Shown here: one piece after another, positions 50,735-62,699 of the stretch
Layout of the letters: each line of letters starts with the position of its first letter
Position numbering within the stretch: position 1 is the stretch's first letter
From: Dicyema japonicum
Taxonomy: Eukaryota > Animalia > Dicyemida
Length of the DNA: 64,000 nt
Assembly (NCBI GenBank): GCA_011109175.1
Contig: RDEW01000095.1
Location: 1 to 64,000, forward strand
Reading direction: 5' to 3'
The notes under the pieces: generated by a model
The model's database searches: none
The model's input: only the letters and a program-made list of their open reading frames with translations
Told to the model about the DNA's origin: nothing
Made by a program: the position numbers and the translations under genes

Positions 50735-51580
50735 TAGAACCCCGGGATCATTGAGAAAGAAAGACAGAAAAAAACGTCAGACAGTTAGGTAATCACAGTT
50801 TCCGCAATCAAACGAGCCATCCAACGTTTGTGGTTTCACATTGTCCTCACTACCATGCGGAAGAGCCTTCTCTCATCCCTGTAGAAGAATCGTATTGGGG
50901 AGGGGAACTTCCTAACAAATCGACTTTCTTTTGCCTTGGAAAAGGACAGGCCAAGCCGGTTTCCGTCAACCTTACAGACCCGAAGGAATCCGGTTCGGCG
51001 ACTACAAGTCGTAGCTTCCGTGAGTAGGGGATTAACCATTGATCCAGAATGAGTCCCATCATAAATATAGTTTTCCGGTATATTGAATTGATTCTGTGGT
51101 GCGTAGCCTCTGATAACGCAAATCTCCATGCAACAGAGGCATGATCCACAGCTAAGGCGATATGTTGCAGGTAGAGTGTTGCAACAGAAGCATCCAAATT
51201 CAAAGAAATCCTCCCGACAAGCGCGTGCAACTTTCAACTTCTGCAGACCTATAGAGAGAAATTTCTTCGCATGTGAATGAAATTCAACAGCCTGTCGAAC
51301 ATAAATCCAAGAATTGAAGGAGACCTTTTTACTGGTATCTGGACAGGACCAATGAAAATTCTTGGATATTATTTTGAACGACGGTCTGAGGTAAAAAGCC
51401 TTCATAATGATTTTTCGGCAAAAATCGTTAGTTGGTGCAGTCAACCAATCATAGACGAGGTTCACTCTCGCTTGGGTATTAGAGGTTGCAAGGTATATCA
51501 AGTACATATGGTCGAAGAGAAACGTACCCCTCTGTCCATATTCGCCATTTCGGGAAGCCATCCAGCGGAGTAGGGAAGGA
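50735..51580 (-). mobile_element. I/Jockey-group LINE 3' half, same family as 1-795
   Basis: PSILGFMFDRLLNF, DHASVAW, RDERRLFR motifs; tail GATCCCGGGGTTCTAAATAAA. Confidence 0.75.
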
Positions 51581-51877
51581 ATATATCCTTTTTTTAATAC
51601 CAGCTAAGCATTGAACGTCTCCTGAGACAGGTGGATCAACTGGAGCATCTTAGGATTTGAAGAAGAAACAGAGCTTAACGTTATCCTTTAACCAAATAGC
51701 GGTGTGGAAATCGAATCCCACAGATAATCGCGACTCGAGCGACATAGTGTAATAGAACTAAACCACCAACTCGACCTCGACAAGCTGACATTTAAAATTA
51801 GAATATTTCAAGTTAATTTATATTAATTTAATTTTTGTTCAGATTAAAGCATTATTATATTTTTTTATTGTGTCCTC

Positions 51878-54089
51878 ATGCTGTTGCTAATATTAACAGC
51901 AATCACTGTGATATACATTGCCTGGACTCTACTTTCAAAGAAAACTCAGTTTGTCATGTAGTAAATGATTTCTAAGTAATGAGCATGTGAAAACCCCTAC
52001 GAATTCATTCATTGACGAAATGGTCAACAGAGTTTGTTGCTTTTTATTACGGTAGAATAAGGATACGGCTATAATATTCGGATCTGAGTCAGGCACAAGC
52101 GAATATTTTTCTCACAGCATTAAAACGGCATTACAGAGAATTGGGAGGAGCGCAGTCGTGATTGACCCTTCGCAGTGGGATATTGTTGTTGCGGATATTT
52201 ATTATCAGGAATGCCTGTTGGAATTCGCAAAAATTGAAAATTTCCTTGCAATCTTCATTGTGGCTACTTACGGAGAAGGAGATCCTACATCCAACGCTCA
52301 ATCTTTACATGAATTCCTCAACGAGGACGGAGATGATCTCGAATCGATGAAATATGCAGTTTCATCGCTCAGTTAACATCAAAGGTATTCGGCTGCGGGA
52401 ATTCGTCCTACACATACTATAATGAAATGGGAAAATTCGTGCATAGAAGACTCGAGTTACGCGGAGCTACTCCAATATTTGATTTAAAATTGGGGGACAG
52501 CAACGATAAGTATATTTGATTAAAACTCTACAAGTATAGAAGAAGACTTTATAGAGTGGAAATCATCACTACTGTCGAGGATATTTGATTTGTTCGATCT
52601 CCACAACGTTGACATTGAAATGTTCCATTATTGACATTATTCAAGAAAGAGAAACTACACGTTGATTGAGCACGTGAGTGGAGAGTACTACAGGGGACAG
52701 ATTTCGACCAACACTGAAATGGGGTTGAATTTCTTTTTACGGCAGAATATTTGACATTAATAATCCTTTTATGGGAAAGATGGTCAGTGTCAGCAGATTA
52801 GGCAAAGATGGAGCACGTGTATTTTACAGAGCAGAATTTGATTTGACGGGTTCCGGACTGAGGTTGCGTGTCTGTAAATGAAAGATATTCTGCTGGTGAC
52901 CATATAGGGATATATCCAAGAAATAGCCCAGTCATTGTCGATAGAATCGGGGATCTGCTTGGCACAGACCTTGATTTGATATTTAGTCTGGAGAGTGCTG
53001 ATGGTTTTGTGTGTCTGTGATTTCTCAGAGGATTCTAAGAGTAAACATCCGTTTCCTTGTCCAACAACCTACAGGATTGCTTTACTGCACTACTTGGATG
53101 TGTGCACTCCTCTGCGAAGAGATATTCTACAATTTCTATTACCTTATGTTTCTGAGTCGAGGGACAAGCAGTTTTTTACTTCACTCGTTGAGAATACTAC
53201 TAATGAATCCAACAAAGTTGTACTTCCTCTGAATTGTAGGGTGTATATGATGAATGGGTTGTTTCTGCACGACGAAGTATTCTTGATTTTCTTGAGGAAA
53301 TCCCATCTTTGAGACCGCCCTTAGATCTTGTTTGTGAGGTGCTCCCTCGTCTCCGACCTAGAATGTATTCCATTTCGTCATGTCCTCGAGTTATCATCGG
53401 ATTTTGATTTTTTAGACTTCTCCCACTGTGGTTTCAATCACAGCCGTTATGGTGGACTATATTGCTCTATCTGGGAGACAAGTTAAGGGAGTTGCCACGT
53501 CATTTATGTGGGATTGTGGGGAGAAGGACGTTCCTTTATTCATTCGGAGGTCAACCTTTAAACTACCTAGCCGACCGTCTCTGCCAATAATAATGGTTGG
53601 TCCCGGGACTGGAATAGCTCCATTTATGGGATTCCTCCGTGAAAGACAAGCTAGGAGACTAAATAACGGTTATTTTTGTATATATTTTGCAGGTAGGATT
53701 GCTAAATCAATCTTATTTTATGGCTGTCGATACAAAAATGAAGATTACCTGTATGAAGATGAGTTGGATGATATGGTCAAGGATGGAACACTCACAGAAC
53801 TACACGTGGCATTTTCGAGAGATCAAGTAAACAAGATATATGTACAACATTTAATTTGGGAAAACAGAGATACATTATGGGGACTGATTAATGGGGAAAA
53901 GGGACATTTGTATATATGCGGGTATATCGGCTGAGTTATGTTAGGGATGCCAAACACATGGCACGAGATGTGAATGACACATTTGTTCGTATTGTTTCAC
54001 ATTGTGGGGAAATGCCCGAGGAAGAGGCCAAACAGTATATAATGCGACTGAGGCAGTCCAGGCGGTATTTATGTGATGTTTGGAGTTAG
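51878..54089 (+). CDS. POR: NADPH-cytochrome P450 reductase, 13 micro-introns
   Basis: N-terminal TM anchor, FGSESGT, ATYGEGDP, VFGCGN, YSAGDHIGIYP, PRMYSISS, GPGTGIAPF, YICGDAKHMA, C-terminal DVWS*. Confidence 0.95.
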
Positions 54090-54187
54090 TTTGATTATTT
54101 GAATTTTAATTTTTGACTAATAAAGTTTTTTGATTATATTTTTTTAATTGTTATTTAAATTTTTTTAACTATAATTGTTTGAAAGCA

Positions 54188-55198
54188 ATGTGGACATTTA
54201 CATCATTGAGAAATTTATCCAAAATTGTGGCTAACTACAGATATGACAAGGATGATATTGCAAAATCGGACGAGCTGATGGCGAATCTAACAGAAGAGGA
54301 GCAAGAACTATATGAGCAACTAAAATTAGAATTTGAGATCAAACAGGCCTACGGTTCTAGTTTAGACTAATTCTTAGGTGACTGGTCTCTTCAATTAGAT
54401 AGTCGTCATTGGATCACTTTATTGGCTTCCAACAGCATTTCTTTACGGAACAAATTGTAAATTTATTAAAGCACACCAACAGGCTAGCAAGTTGGCTCAA
54501 AAAGGACAAGAAACAACGGGAAACAAACGATATCCCGGAACAAGTACTCCCACCTGTCAAAGAAGAGATATCTCTGATTGATTTCACCCCTCGAATAATT
54601 AGAAAACTTTCTTCCGCCGATTTGAAGCGGTACCCCCATCTTTCTAACAATAAAGCATACAGAGGACTCGTTACATATCCAGCATGTGCTTCTCGCCTAC
54701 TGTCTGCATTGACTTGTTCTACGAAGATAGGTTCAACAAATTGAATTGGCTAGCCTACGATATTATAGAAATCCTTAACTATCAAATAAGAAATCTCAGG
54801 GTCCCTTTAAATACACGTGTTTGTCATGTCAAGTCGTCATTTAACTCTATTTTAGCCCGGATGGAAACTTTAAGCGCATTTTCAGCCAAGAATATTCAAA
54901 TCTGTTGGAAAGTACCGCTTTGGAGTTGAGAACTGAGTGTCCTAGTAAACTTTACTCAAAGTCCAAACTGTGTTATATCACTCCATATGCGAATAATGAA
55001 TTAAAAGAGTTTGACTCTGACAAGGTTTACATATTCCCCGCTGTGAGTGATAAGAATCCACTAAAGAATCTCGTTCTTAACAGAGCAAAATCCATTAACG
55101 TGAAAATGTACAGATTATCTCCAAAGAAGGAACAATTCATTGGTCTGACAAAATCAATGCAATTGCTGGTTAATTTATTTAAAACAAAATTTTATTGA
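54188..55198 (+). CDS. TRMT10C/MRPP1-like mitochondrial tRNA m1(G/A)9 methyltransferase, 4 micro-introns
   Basis: Basic N-terminal presequence; SPOUT-like blocks TVCIDLFY, LCYITP, FDSDKVYIFPAVSDK..LNRAK; introns of 24,26,26,23 nt restore the frame. Confidence 0.65.
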
Positions 55199-55280
55199 TC
55201 TAATAATTTTTGTAATTTATTGTTAAAAATTTTGAATTAATACGAATAAACTTAAACCTATAATATTTCCTGATAATTCA

Positions 55281-56800
55281 ATGATTTCTAAAAATTGTGA
55301 AATTGTAGCAAGAAAGTCCTTTGTTGCGCCTTCTAAGAAATTCCTCAGCTTTCAGACCTTCGAACCACTCACAGTTGTTGAAAATCCAAAGGCATTTCTT
55401 ATTATTTAAACCTGATAGGATTCCAATTGGGTGATGGCTGTCAACAGTCAGGGAACTACAGGATTGGTTCCCCTTAGTTATATGAGAGTTCGAGGAGAGG
55501 TTGTCACAAACATTGAATCGTATTGAACTAATATTTTATAAATTAGCTGCTATCACGGAAAACTAAGTCACTCCGAAGTGGACTCCATCCTTCTTTCAAA
55601 GAGAAATTTGGGCGCTTATCTTCTGAGAGATTCGTCCTCTCATAGTGCAACCTATGTTCTCTCTATACTCGGACCAAATGATAAAATTACCCACTTTTAC
55701 GTCTACAAGCTGGATTCAAAGTACTCGTTAGACAAAAAGCGTAAGTTTGACAGCATTGGAGAACTCCTACAAGTACCTCTATTTAGTATTTCCTAGCACT
55801 ATGAAAATGATGACTCATTGGGGTATTTATTAAAATACCCGATCACTCCAGAAAACAGGGATAGTGTGATTGACAGAGTGGCATTTGAGTCAAAAGGATG
55901 GTACATTAAGCCTTCCGACTTGGTGATCATTAAAAAAATCGGTTCTGGGGAATTTGGGGGTTGATCAAATTTTACTAGTAGAGATGTCTTTAGTGGAAAT
56001 TATCTTGACAAAAAAGTGGCTATAAAACAGCTGAAGGATAACAGTGGAATCAATGCCTTCCTTAAAGAGGCTTTGGTGATGACGTAATAGTTTATTTTAC
56101 CATGGCAGATCTATCAGCAATTCGAACGTCGTTCGTCTATATGGAATATCGATTGGTAGACAAGTCTCTATTGTTACGGAATTTCTCGACAGAGGAAGTC
56201 TCTTGAACTATCTTAGATCTCACGGATTTTCTGATATTTCTGAAGCTCAGCAAATTCAATTTTCGCTGTAAACTTTGTCAAAAATTGTAAGAGATATCGC
56301 TAATGGGATGGCATACTTGGAGAAGATGTCCATCATTCACAGAGACTTGGCAGCCCGTAATATTTTATTGAGCAATAATATTTGCGCCAAAGTATAATGG
56401 GGGTACTTATTTACAGGTTGGAGATCTGGGAATGGCAGTTTTGACTTCCAATTCAAAGGATCGTGTTAAGATTCCAATTCGGTGGGCCGCTCCTGAGAGT
56501 ATTTTTGATCGAGTAATATTGGATTCTTAAAAATTTTAGGTTTATACGACAAAATCAGATGTGTGGAGCTATGGAGTTGTGTTGTGGGAGATTTATTCAT
56601 TTGGACAAACTCCATATTCTAAATTCACAGTCGAGGAGATCAGAAGTGCGGTAAAAAACGGTAGAATTCTTGATCGGACTGATAAATGTCCTGATTTTAT
56701 GTACGAGTTAATGAAGAAATGTTGGAATTGTAAACCTGAAAGTAGGCCGTCTTTTGAAAGTATTGTCAATAAGCTTAATCAAATTAACTGCCATAAATAA
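55281..56800 (+). CDS. CSK: Csk-like non-receptor tyrosine kinase (SH3-SH2-kinase, no myristoylation site, no C-terminal Tyr tail), 8 micro-introns
   Basis: SH3 ..PK|DSNW..GLVP, SH2 [36 protein letters not shown]. Confidence 0.8.
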
Positions 56801-56821
56801 CATTCTAATGCTGTTATTTAT

Positions 56822-57310
56822 TTACCCCCCGGTCCCTTCATGTAAAGGAAACTTGTGGGTAACAAGGTGCAACTAGCATAGACTGACGTTCCCAGAAATC
56901 CGAAAGGTCGATCTCATGCGTAGAAGGAACATTAGGTAGGTCAAGAAACGAGAAAATATGACATGTCCCATGGTCAACAAGTGAACATGAAGGGCAAAGC
57001 GACGACTTTGCCTCCCCGGTCTTGTATAAATAGGCATTGAGGCCATGTGGTGATCGCATAGGAGGTGTTCCAGGTTTACCCACATGGCGGATGCGGAGTA
57101 ACTCTGCTTGGAATTGAAACGACTTACTCAGACCGTAGAAACTGCAGTCCTTACAGTTGTGAGAACCACCCAGCAGAGTGGGGAGAGCAAAAGATCTTTT
57201 TTATGTCACCCTAGCACTAGAACTTGCCTAAGAGACCGCTCTAGCGTTAGCATCAAGCTTTTAGGATATCAAAAAAGGCGATTAACTCTCTCTTTTTTCC
57301 CATAAGAAAA
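56822..57310 (-). mobile_element. LINE 3' end with CCHC-type finger
   Basis: HGLNAYLYKTGEAKSSLCPSC...H pattern; tail GGACCGGGGGGTAAATAAATAA. Confidence 0.6.
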
Positions 57311-57329
57311 AAGTTGATTACGTAATAAG

Positions 57330-58250
57330 TAGGGTAACTTAAGTCAACAAAGTCAATTTAGAGTTAGACTTTAGTCTAAAAATAATGATTAATATAAAAA
57401 AATGTCAAAAAAATGTTTCTATAAAAAGTTTTTTAGGTCAATTAGGTCAACTTTTTAGATTTGTAGGTCAATTTTTTTAATTAGGTCAATTTTTAAATAA
57501 AAATTTAAATAATATAATTAAATCATAATTTTAAGCATCAAAATAAATTTAAAATAATCGACGTGACATTCCTGTCTTATTGTAACAAATCTTTAACTAA
57601 ACTATACAGTACATAGCCTAAAAATTAGCCTTCCGATTTTAAAAAAGCTAAAAATATTTTTGACAAATATCCCAAAAAGTTTTCAATTTCACCGAATGGA
57701 ATGCATTTTTGTAAATTATGTGAGTTACCCGTAACTTGCAAGAAACAATTTATTTGTAAACAAACACAGGGAAACACAGAAGCACTCTTCACGAATAAAT
57801 ATATCCACAAATAAAAAAATAATTGAATATCGTTCCAAATGATTTTTAAGAAATTTTTAACAGATGTAACGGAAGCATTTGTATCCGCAAACATTCCACT
57901 CTATAAATTGAGGAATCGAGCAATTATCAACTTATTCGAAAGTTTTGAACATCCACTTCCTTCAGAGTATCTGGTGGCGCATGTTGTGGACTCTACTTCA
58001 CAATAATGAAAATACATAATTGACCAAGAATTTCAAAATACGACATGAAATGACTATTAAGATTTGAACGGATACACTGTAGACATGGAACGTTGGAGAT
58101 CAATAAAAAAGTTGAAATTTTTAATTAGAAAAATCAGAAATTTCAAAGACACTTATGTGGAAAACTATGTGATTATGAGCTAAAATATTACTTAATTGTG
58201 AATAACTCGATAAACGATGAATAAAATTACATTAATTTTCATAATCGTAG
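57330..58250 (+). mobile_element. Decayed hAT-superfamily (CGGBP1-type) DNA transposon 5' part
   Basis: TAGGG start, four TAGGTCAA subterminal repeats, then FCKLCELPV..KH..KH (BED-like finger) and TEAFVSANIPLYKLRN..PLPSE. Confidence 0.6.
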
Positions 58251-58586
58251 TTTATATATGAAAAAGTTGTAACTAGTATTTTTAGTTCACAACCTCGTTG
58301 ATGGCTGCATGCCCAGGGAACCGGCTTCTGCCGAGACGGCAAGAGAGCGGGTGAAGTCCTTTGCAGTCTACAACAGATCCACAACGGCATGGATAAGGCT
58401 GGCACAGGTCGATCCCGAGACAAATAGATATCCCATTCCGGAGGGCGTCCTATTCCAGAAGGGAACCAATTGACGATTATGGGAACGTGTTCACCCAAGC
58501 TCCGATGTGAGGAGAAGAGACTGCAATTAACTCTTATTTTAATTTTTTCGATTAAAATATCAAAAAAGCTGATTAAATAATATTTT

Positions 58587-59720
58587 TTATTTTTTAAAAT
58601 TATTACCTGAAATGTGAATTGTAATGAACTGAGTTAGTTATTCTTAATGCATAGTTGATTAACCCTCACAACCCCTTCATCTGATGCTGTTACCAATAAG
58701 TTTCCGAATAGATTAATTCCAACTATAGGCTTTTTGTGTTTTATCTTCAATTGGGGAGTTTCATCATTTTGATCAAACATACAAACCAATCCATCTCCTC
58801 CTGAAGTCAGTACTCCCATTAAATATGTCATCATACCTGAATTATGTTTTACTATCATCTTACGAATGGAGTGACTGTGCCCCCGTAATGTTCTAATCTC
58901 GCCATCCATCCCCCACACTTTTACAGTTCCATCCATGCTTCCACTAAATAGCAGCATTTTTGTCCTCTAAAACATTTAAAAATATGACAGTTCACCACAA
59001 GACATGTGACAGGGCAAGTATGTCCACTAAAGGTAAAGAGACAGTCCCCCGTTGTGAGCTTCCAGCATATTATAGTTGAATCCACTGATCCAGTAAAGAG
59101 ATTCTCACACAGATGATCAACAACCACGCTCGTCAGAGCTGCAGAATGTCTTTCCAAAGATAACAACATCTCCCTGTCATTACAGAATATATTTTGGCAG
59201 TTGAATCGCTCGAAGCAGTCACCAACACGTCGCAGGGACCTTCCCACTCCCAAACATGGGGTACTTCATTTTGTCTCAGTGGAATATACAGCATATTGAG
59301 GATACTTCCATAATGTTCATCGTAAGTCATCAATTGCTCTGAATTGAACCAACATTTGACTGATCCATCATATGACGACGTAAAGATGATGTCCCCACAT
59401 ATTATAATTCCGCTGATTTGTGCTGTGTGAGCTTGCAATAAGAGATGACTTTCAAATTCTTCCCCCTTGTACAAACCGATCGTCCCATCTGATGACCCAC
59501 TGACCGTAATATCATCACAACATTCTATGCATGTTATCCGAGCTTCACACGTGGCTGTAATGTCGAATGTGTGAGTCAACGTGATGTCATTCTGCGTGAT
59601 AATTTTCCAACATGACAACATCCCTTTTTCTGTGCCGAAAATAGCAATCTCATGCTTCTCGGAAAATCCCACCGATGAAATACACAGTTGTGTTTGGAAT
59701 TCCCTTTCGTTTGTGGACAT
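58587..59720 (-). CDS. WD40-repeat protein (possibly WDR86-like); micro-introns; 1-nt deletion near 59173
   Basis: Repeated GH/AH..SGS.DG..K.W units (AHTAQI..SSYDGSVKCW; GHTCPV..SGSMDGTVKVW). Confidence 0.75.
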
Positions 59721-60453
59721 TGGTTAAATAATTTATTTTCCTATTTATAACATTGCCCCTTTCACTTTACGAGGCGTTTATCGACGATTTCGGATTACTT
59801 AATTGATTCTCGGATCTGACTCGCTAACCTACTCACGCACCATCGGATCGTTGATATCGAAAATGAGAAGGGGGACTTGAGAAGATGAATGGCTGATTGT
59901 GAAAATTCCCACAAGAATCGTAGTGCTATCAATCATGATAGCTGCTACCTGAGTCACAATTGCAACTTTCATAGTAAGAGGACACGCTACGAACACTAAT
60001 AGGAGACCTTATACATAGATGAACTGCGGAGACGTGGGGGAGTGAGAAACTGGGAGAACGGATAGTGAAGAGCACCGAACAAGCTGAACCCTAAGTATTC
60101 ATGTACCCATGGGTAAAGCGGGAGTGCATTTAACTAACTACTTATTAATTCCTTTAATTCCAAGTTCCTCAAATTTTGTGCCTGATGAGATTCAAACCCA
60201 GAGCATTGTGTATCTGACGCTTCCTCTCGTTGTTTTTCCTGAAACACCGAAACTCGACGTGAAAATGGCGGATCTCTAGGAGAGATCAGTCTTGGCAGCG
60301 ATCTATCTAATGGTCTGCGGCCTTTTACATGTTGGCGAAGTTGGGGTTAACACTTTGATTTAAATGACATTCTAATAAGAGATGGAAGTTTTTTTCAGAA
60401 ATAACGATGTTAGTTTTTGGAATTTTATATTTATAGTTTTGACAACGTCGTTT

Positions 60454-61291
60454 TCAAGCAAAACTTTTTTTTTTATTTTTACCATTGACGTTTTCATTTT
60501 GAATGTTCATATCAGAATGATGTCTGCTAGGACGAACATTACCTGCAAAATTATAATTTTTTTAAATACAAGTGTGGGGGTTGACAGTACGGGAATTGTA
60601 AGAATCCATTATAAACTGATTTTCAAATTCGATCTGTCTAATTTTATCTTTGATTAAATCAATTTCCGAATTACAATGAACTAGAATGTGCCTTAAGACT
60701 ATATTTACGCTTTGATCCATACGAGGGGGTTTCTCGGTATTTTAGTTCCTTTTCCAGCAAAATCGCCTCAGCTTCCATCTGACTTAGCTCGCTTAAAACG
60801 GCTGGGTCGGAATTGCCGCTTTGTAGATAATATTGCCTCAGCATTCTAAAATATAGAATTTCACTACATTATTTCTTGAACGATTGAATTACTCTCAGGA
60901 AATGGAAAATATTGCACATTCTGTAATTTTCTGGTACTAAATGAGTAAACTTCCTTTTACATATTTTCTGAATCTTCTTTTAGCTGCATTTTCAAAGACT
61001 TGATTAATTCGCGATTAGTGATGTCGTCATCAATCAATTTTTTTCTCAATATTGAGTAATCGTCAAGTGAAGTCATCTTGTTGAGGGATTTTTTGTAATA
61101 TTTTAAGAAGTTTATATCTGAAAGGATATCTAGGAATTTAGCTGAGGTTTACCAACCCATATCCTTTTTTCTCAAATTTTTCATTTCCTGCCTTAAAGAG
61201 CTCATTTTTTCCGCGTGCTGGGATGCCAAGGATTCCATATTAGATTTCTAGTATTCATAATTTTGGTTACAGAATAAAAATTTTTATTCAT
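60454..61291 (-). CDS. Coiled-coil protein, CCDC17-like, 6 micro-introns
   Basis: GT-AG introns of 22-28 nt join an open frame containing LRQYYLQSGNSDPAVLSELSQMEAEA, which resembles a CCDC17 conserved block (from recall). Confidence 0.45.
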
Positions 61292-61489
61292 GAAGCACGA
61301 AAGCACTAGAAATCGTCACCAAGCCAATTATGACATTATTTCGATTTTCATTATAAGCTTGATTTTATCAAAACCTGAAATACTCAAAAATTATAAAAAT
61401 TCTCAAAAATAAAAATTATAAAAATTAATGAAATAATTGTTAATAAATTTTGAGAAATTTTTAAACATTTAAAAGATGATCAAAATCTA

Positions 61490-62065
61490 AAAGCCAGAGT
61501 GGTTTTAGGACAGGGAGATCAACGGCTGATGTAGTATGGTGCCATAGATGGCAATGTGCTATTCAACAAAGATTCCGGAGCTCAAAGACTATCCTTTGGA
61601 CGTGGGGAATTTCGAAAACGGACGAACAAAACCTTGACTCCTTTCACAGAAGGCAACTTCGGTCTCTCTTGGGACTAAAGTGGCCAATGCGTGTAGGGAG
61701 TGAAAATTTATATAGAAGATACGGTTCCGGACCTCTGAGCACCATGATCATGAAGGCTCGCTGGAGATTGTTTGGCCATATTCTCAGATTGGAACAAGAC
61801 ACGCCAGCAAACGTCGTCATGGAAGAATACTTCGATACGTCAGGGAGAAGTTCAGAGGTCGTCCAAGAATAACTCTTCCGGAAGTCCTTAATGGTGACCT
61901 GAGATCAGTAACCAGACAACTAAAGGACGGTGAAGACCTTAGTAGTCTGCGGCACTTGGCATCGGACAGGAGGGATGGGAAAGGCTAATTAAGAGGATTG
62001 TTCAGACGCGGCACGAATAGAATTATAGTTTATATGATTCTATGTAGTTGCTTATAATAATAATA
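61490..62065 (+). mobile_element. RTE-clade LINE 3' fragment
   Basis: PLSTMIMKARWRLFGHILRLEQDTPANVVMEEYF; (TAA)n tail. Confidence 0.85.
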
Positions 62066-62699
62066 ATCAAAATCTAACCGTATGCTGTCATGTGATTTTT
62101 GTCTCTTTCGCTATGGAAAGTGCCGGAGCTCTCGGACATTCATCATACACTTTTTCCAACGACAAATTAATCTTATTTTAGTCTCCTCAGAGGACCACTA
62201 CCGACGCTGGTAGCTATGTGAGCTTATTTCCAGAGAGGGATTAGTCATGCAGTCGAGATTACTGTCCTCTAACTTTAATTTTTTGTTTGAGGATTAATGG
62301 AGTTTAACAAAAAAGGTTCCCCCTTCTTTTGTCTGTCAGATTTATGCGCTATTTAGTAAACAAAATATCTGTCTAACCCATGTCCACTTATAAGACACTC
62401 TTCCCATTTGATTAAGCCTGGTTAAACTCAAAAGTCTCGTCCACCATCCTATCAGACTGACAGCTTGTCATTTCGAATGTGACATACTTACGTCTTTGCC
62501 ATGTGCGGATGGGAAAAAAGGAATGGAAAAGGTTTCATACAAATCAGAGTGGCAATAAATGTCTCGAATATTTTTGCTGATTCGAAAATTCAATATCATT
62601 TTATTGACTTTACAACTTGCACTTTTGTGCATAAAACACATATTTTAATAATGTCTGGGGAATCACAACATTGATTTTTATAACTTAAACCAAGAAGAA

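Noticed and set aside
51277-51573. Plus-strand ORF resembling an L1/Tx1 thumb (KILGYYF)
   Set aside because: The minus strand aligns in several motifs with the LINE family at 1-795, so the plus ORF is its antisense shadow
780-60350. Recurrent GGGGTTA(A) as telomere-like or chromosome-breakage signals
   Set aside because: Always single copies at the 3' termini of LINE/SINE remnants; no tandem telomeric arrays
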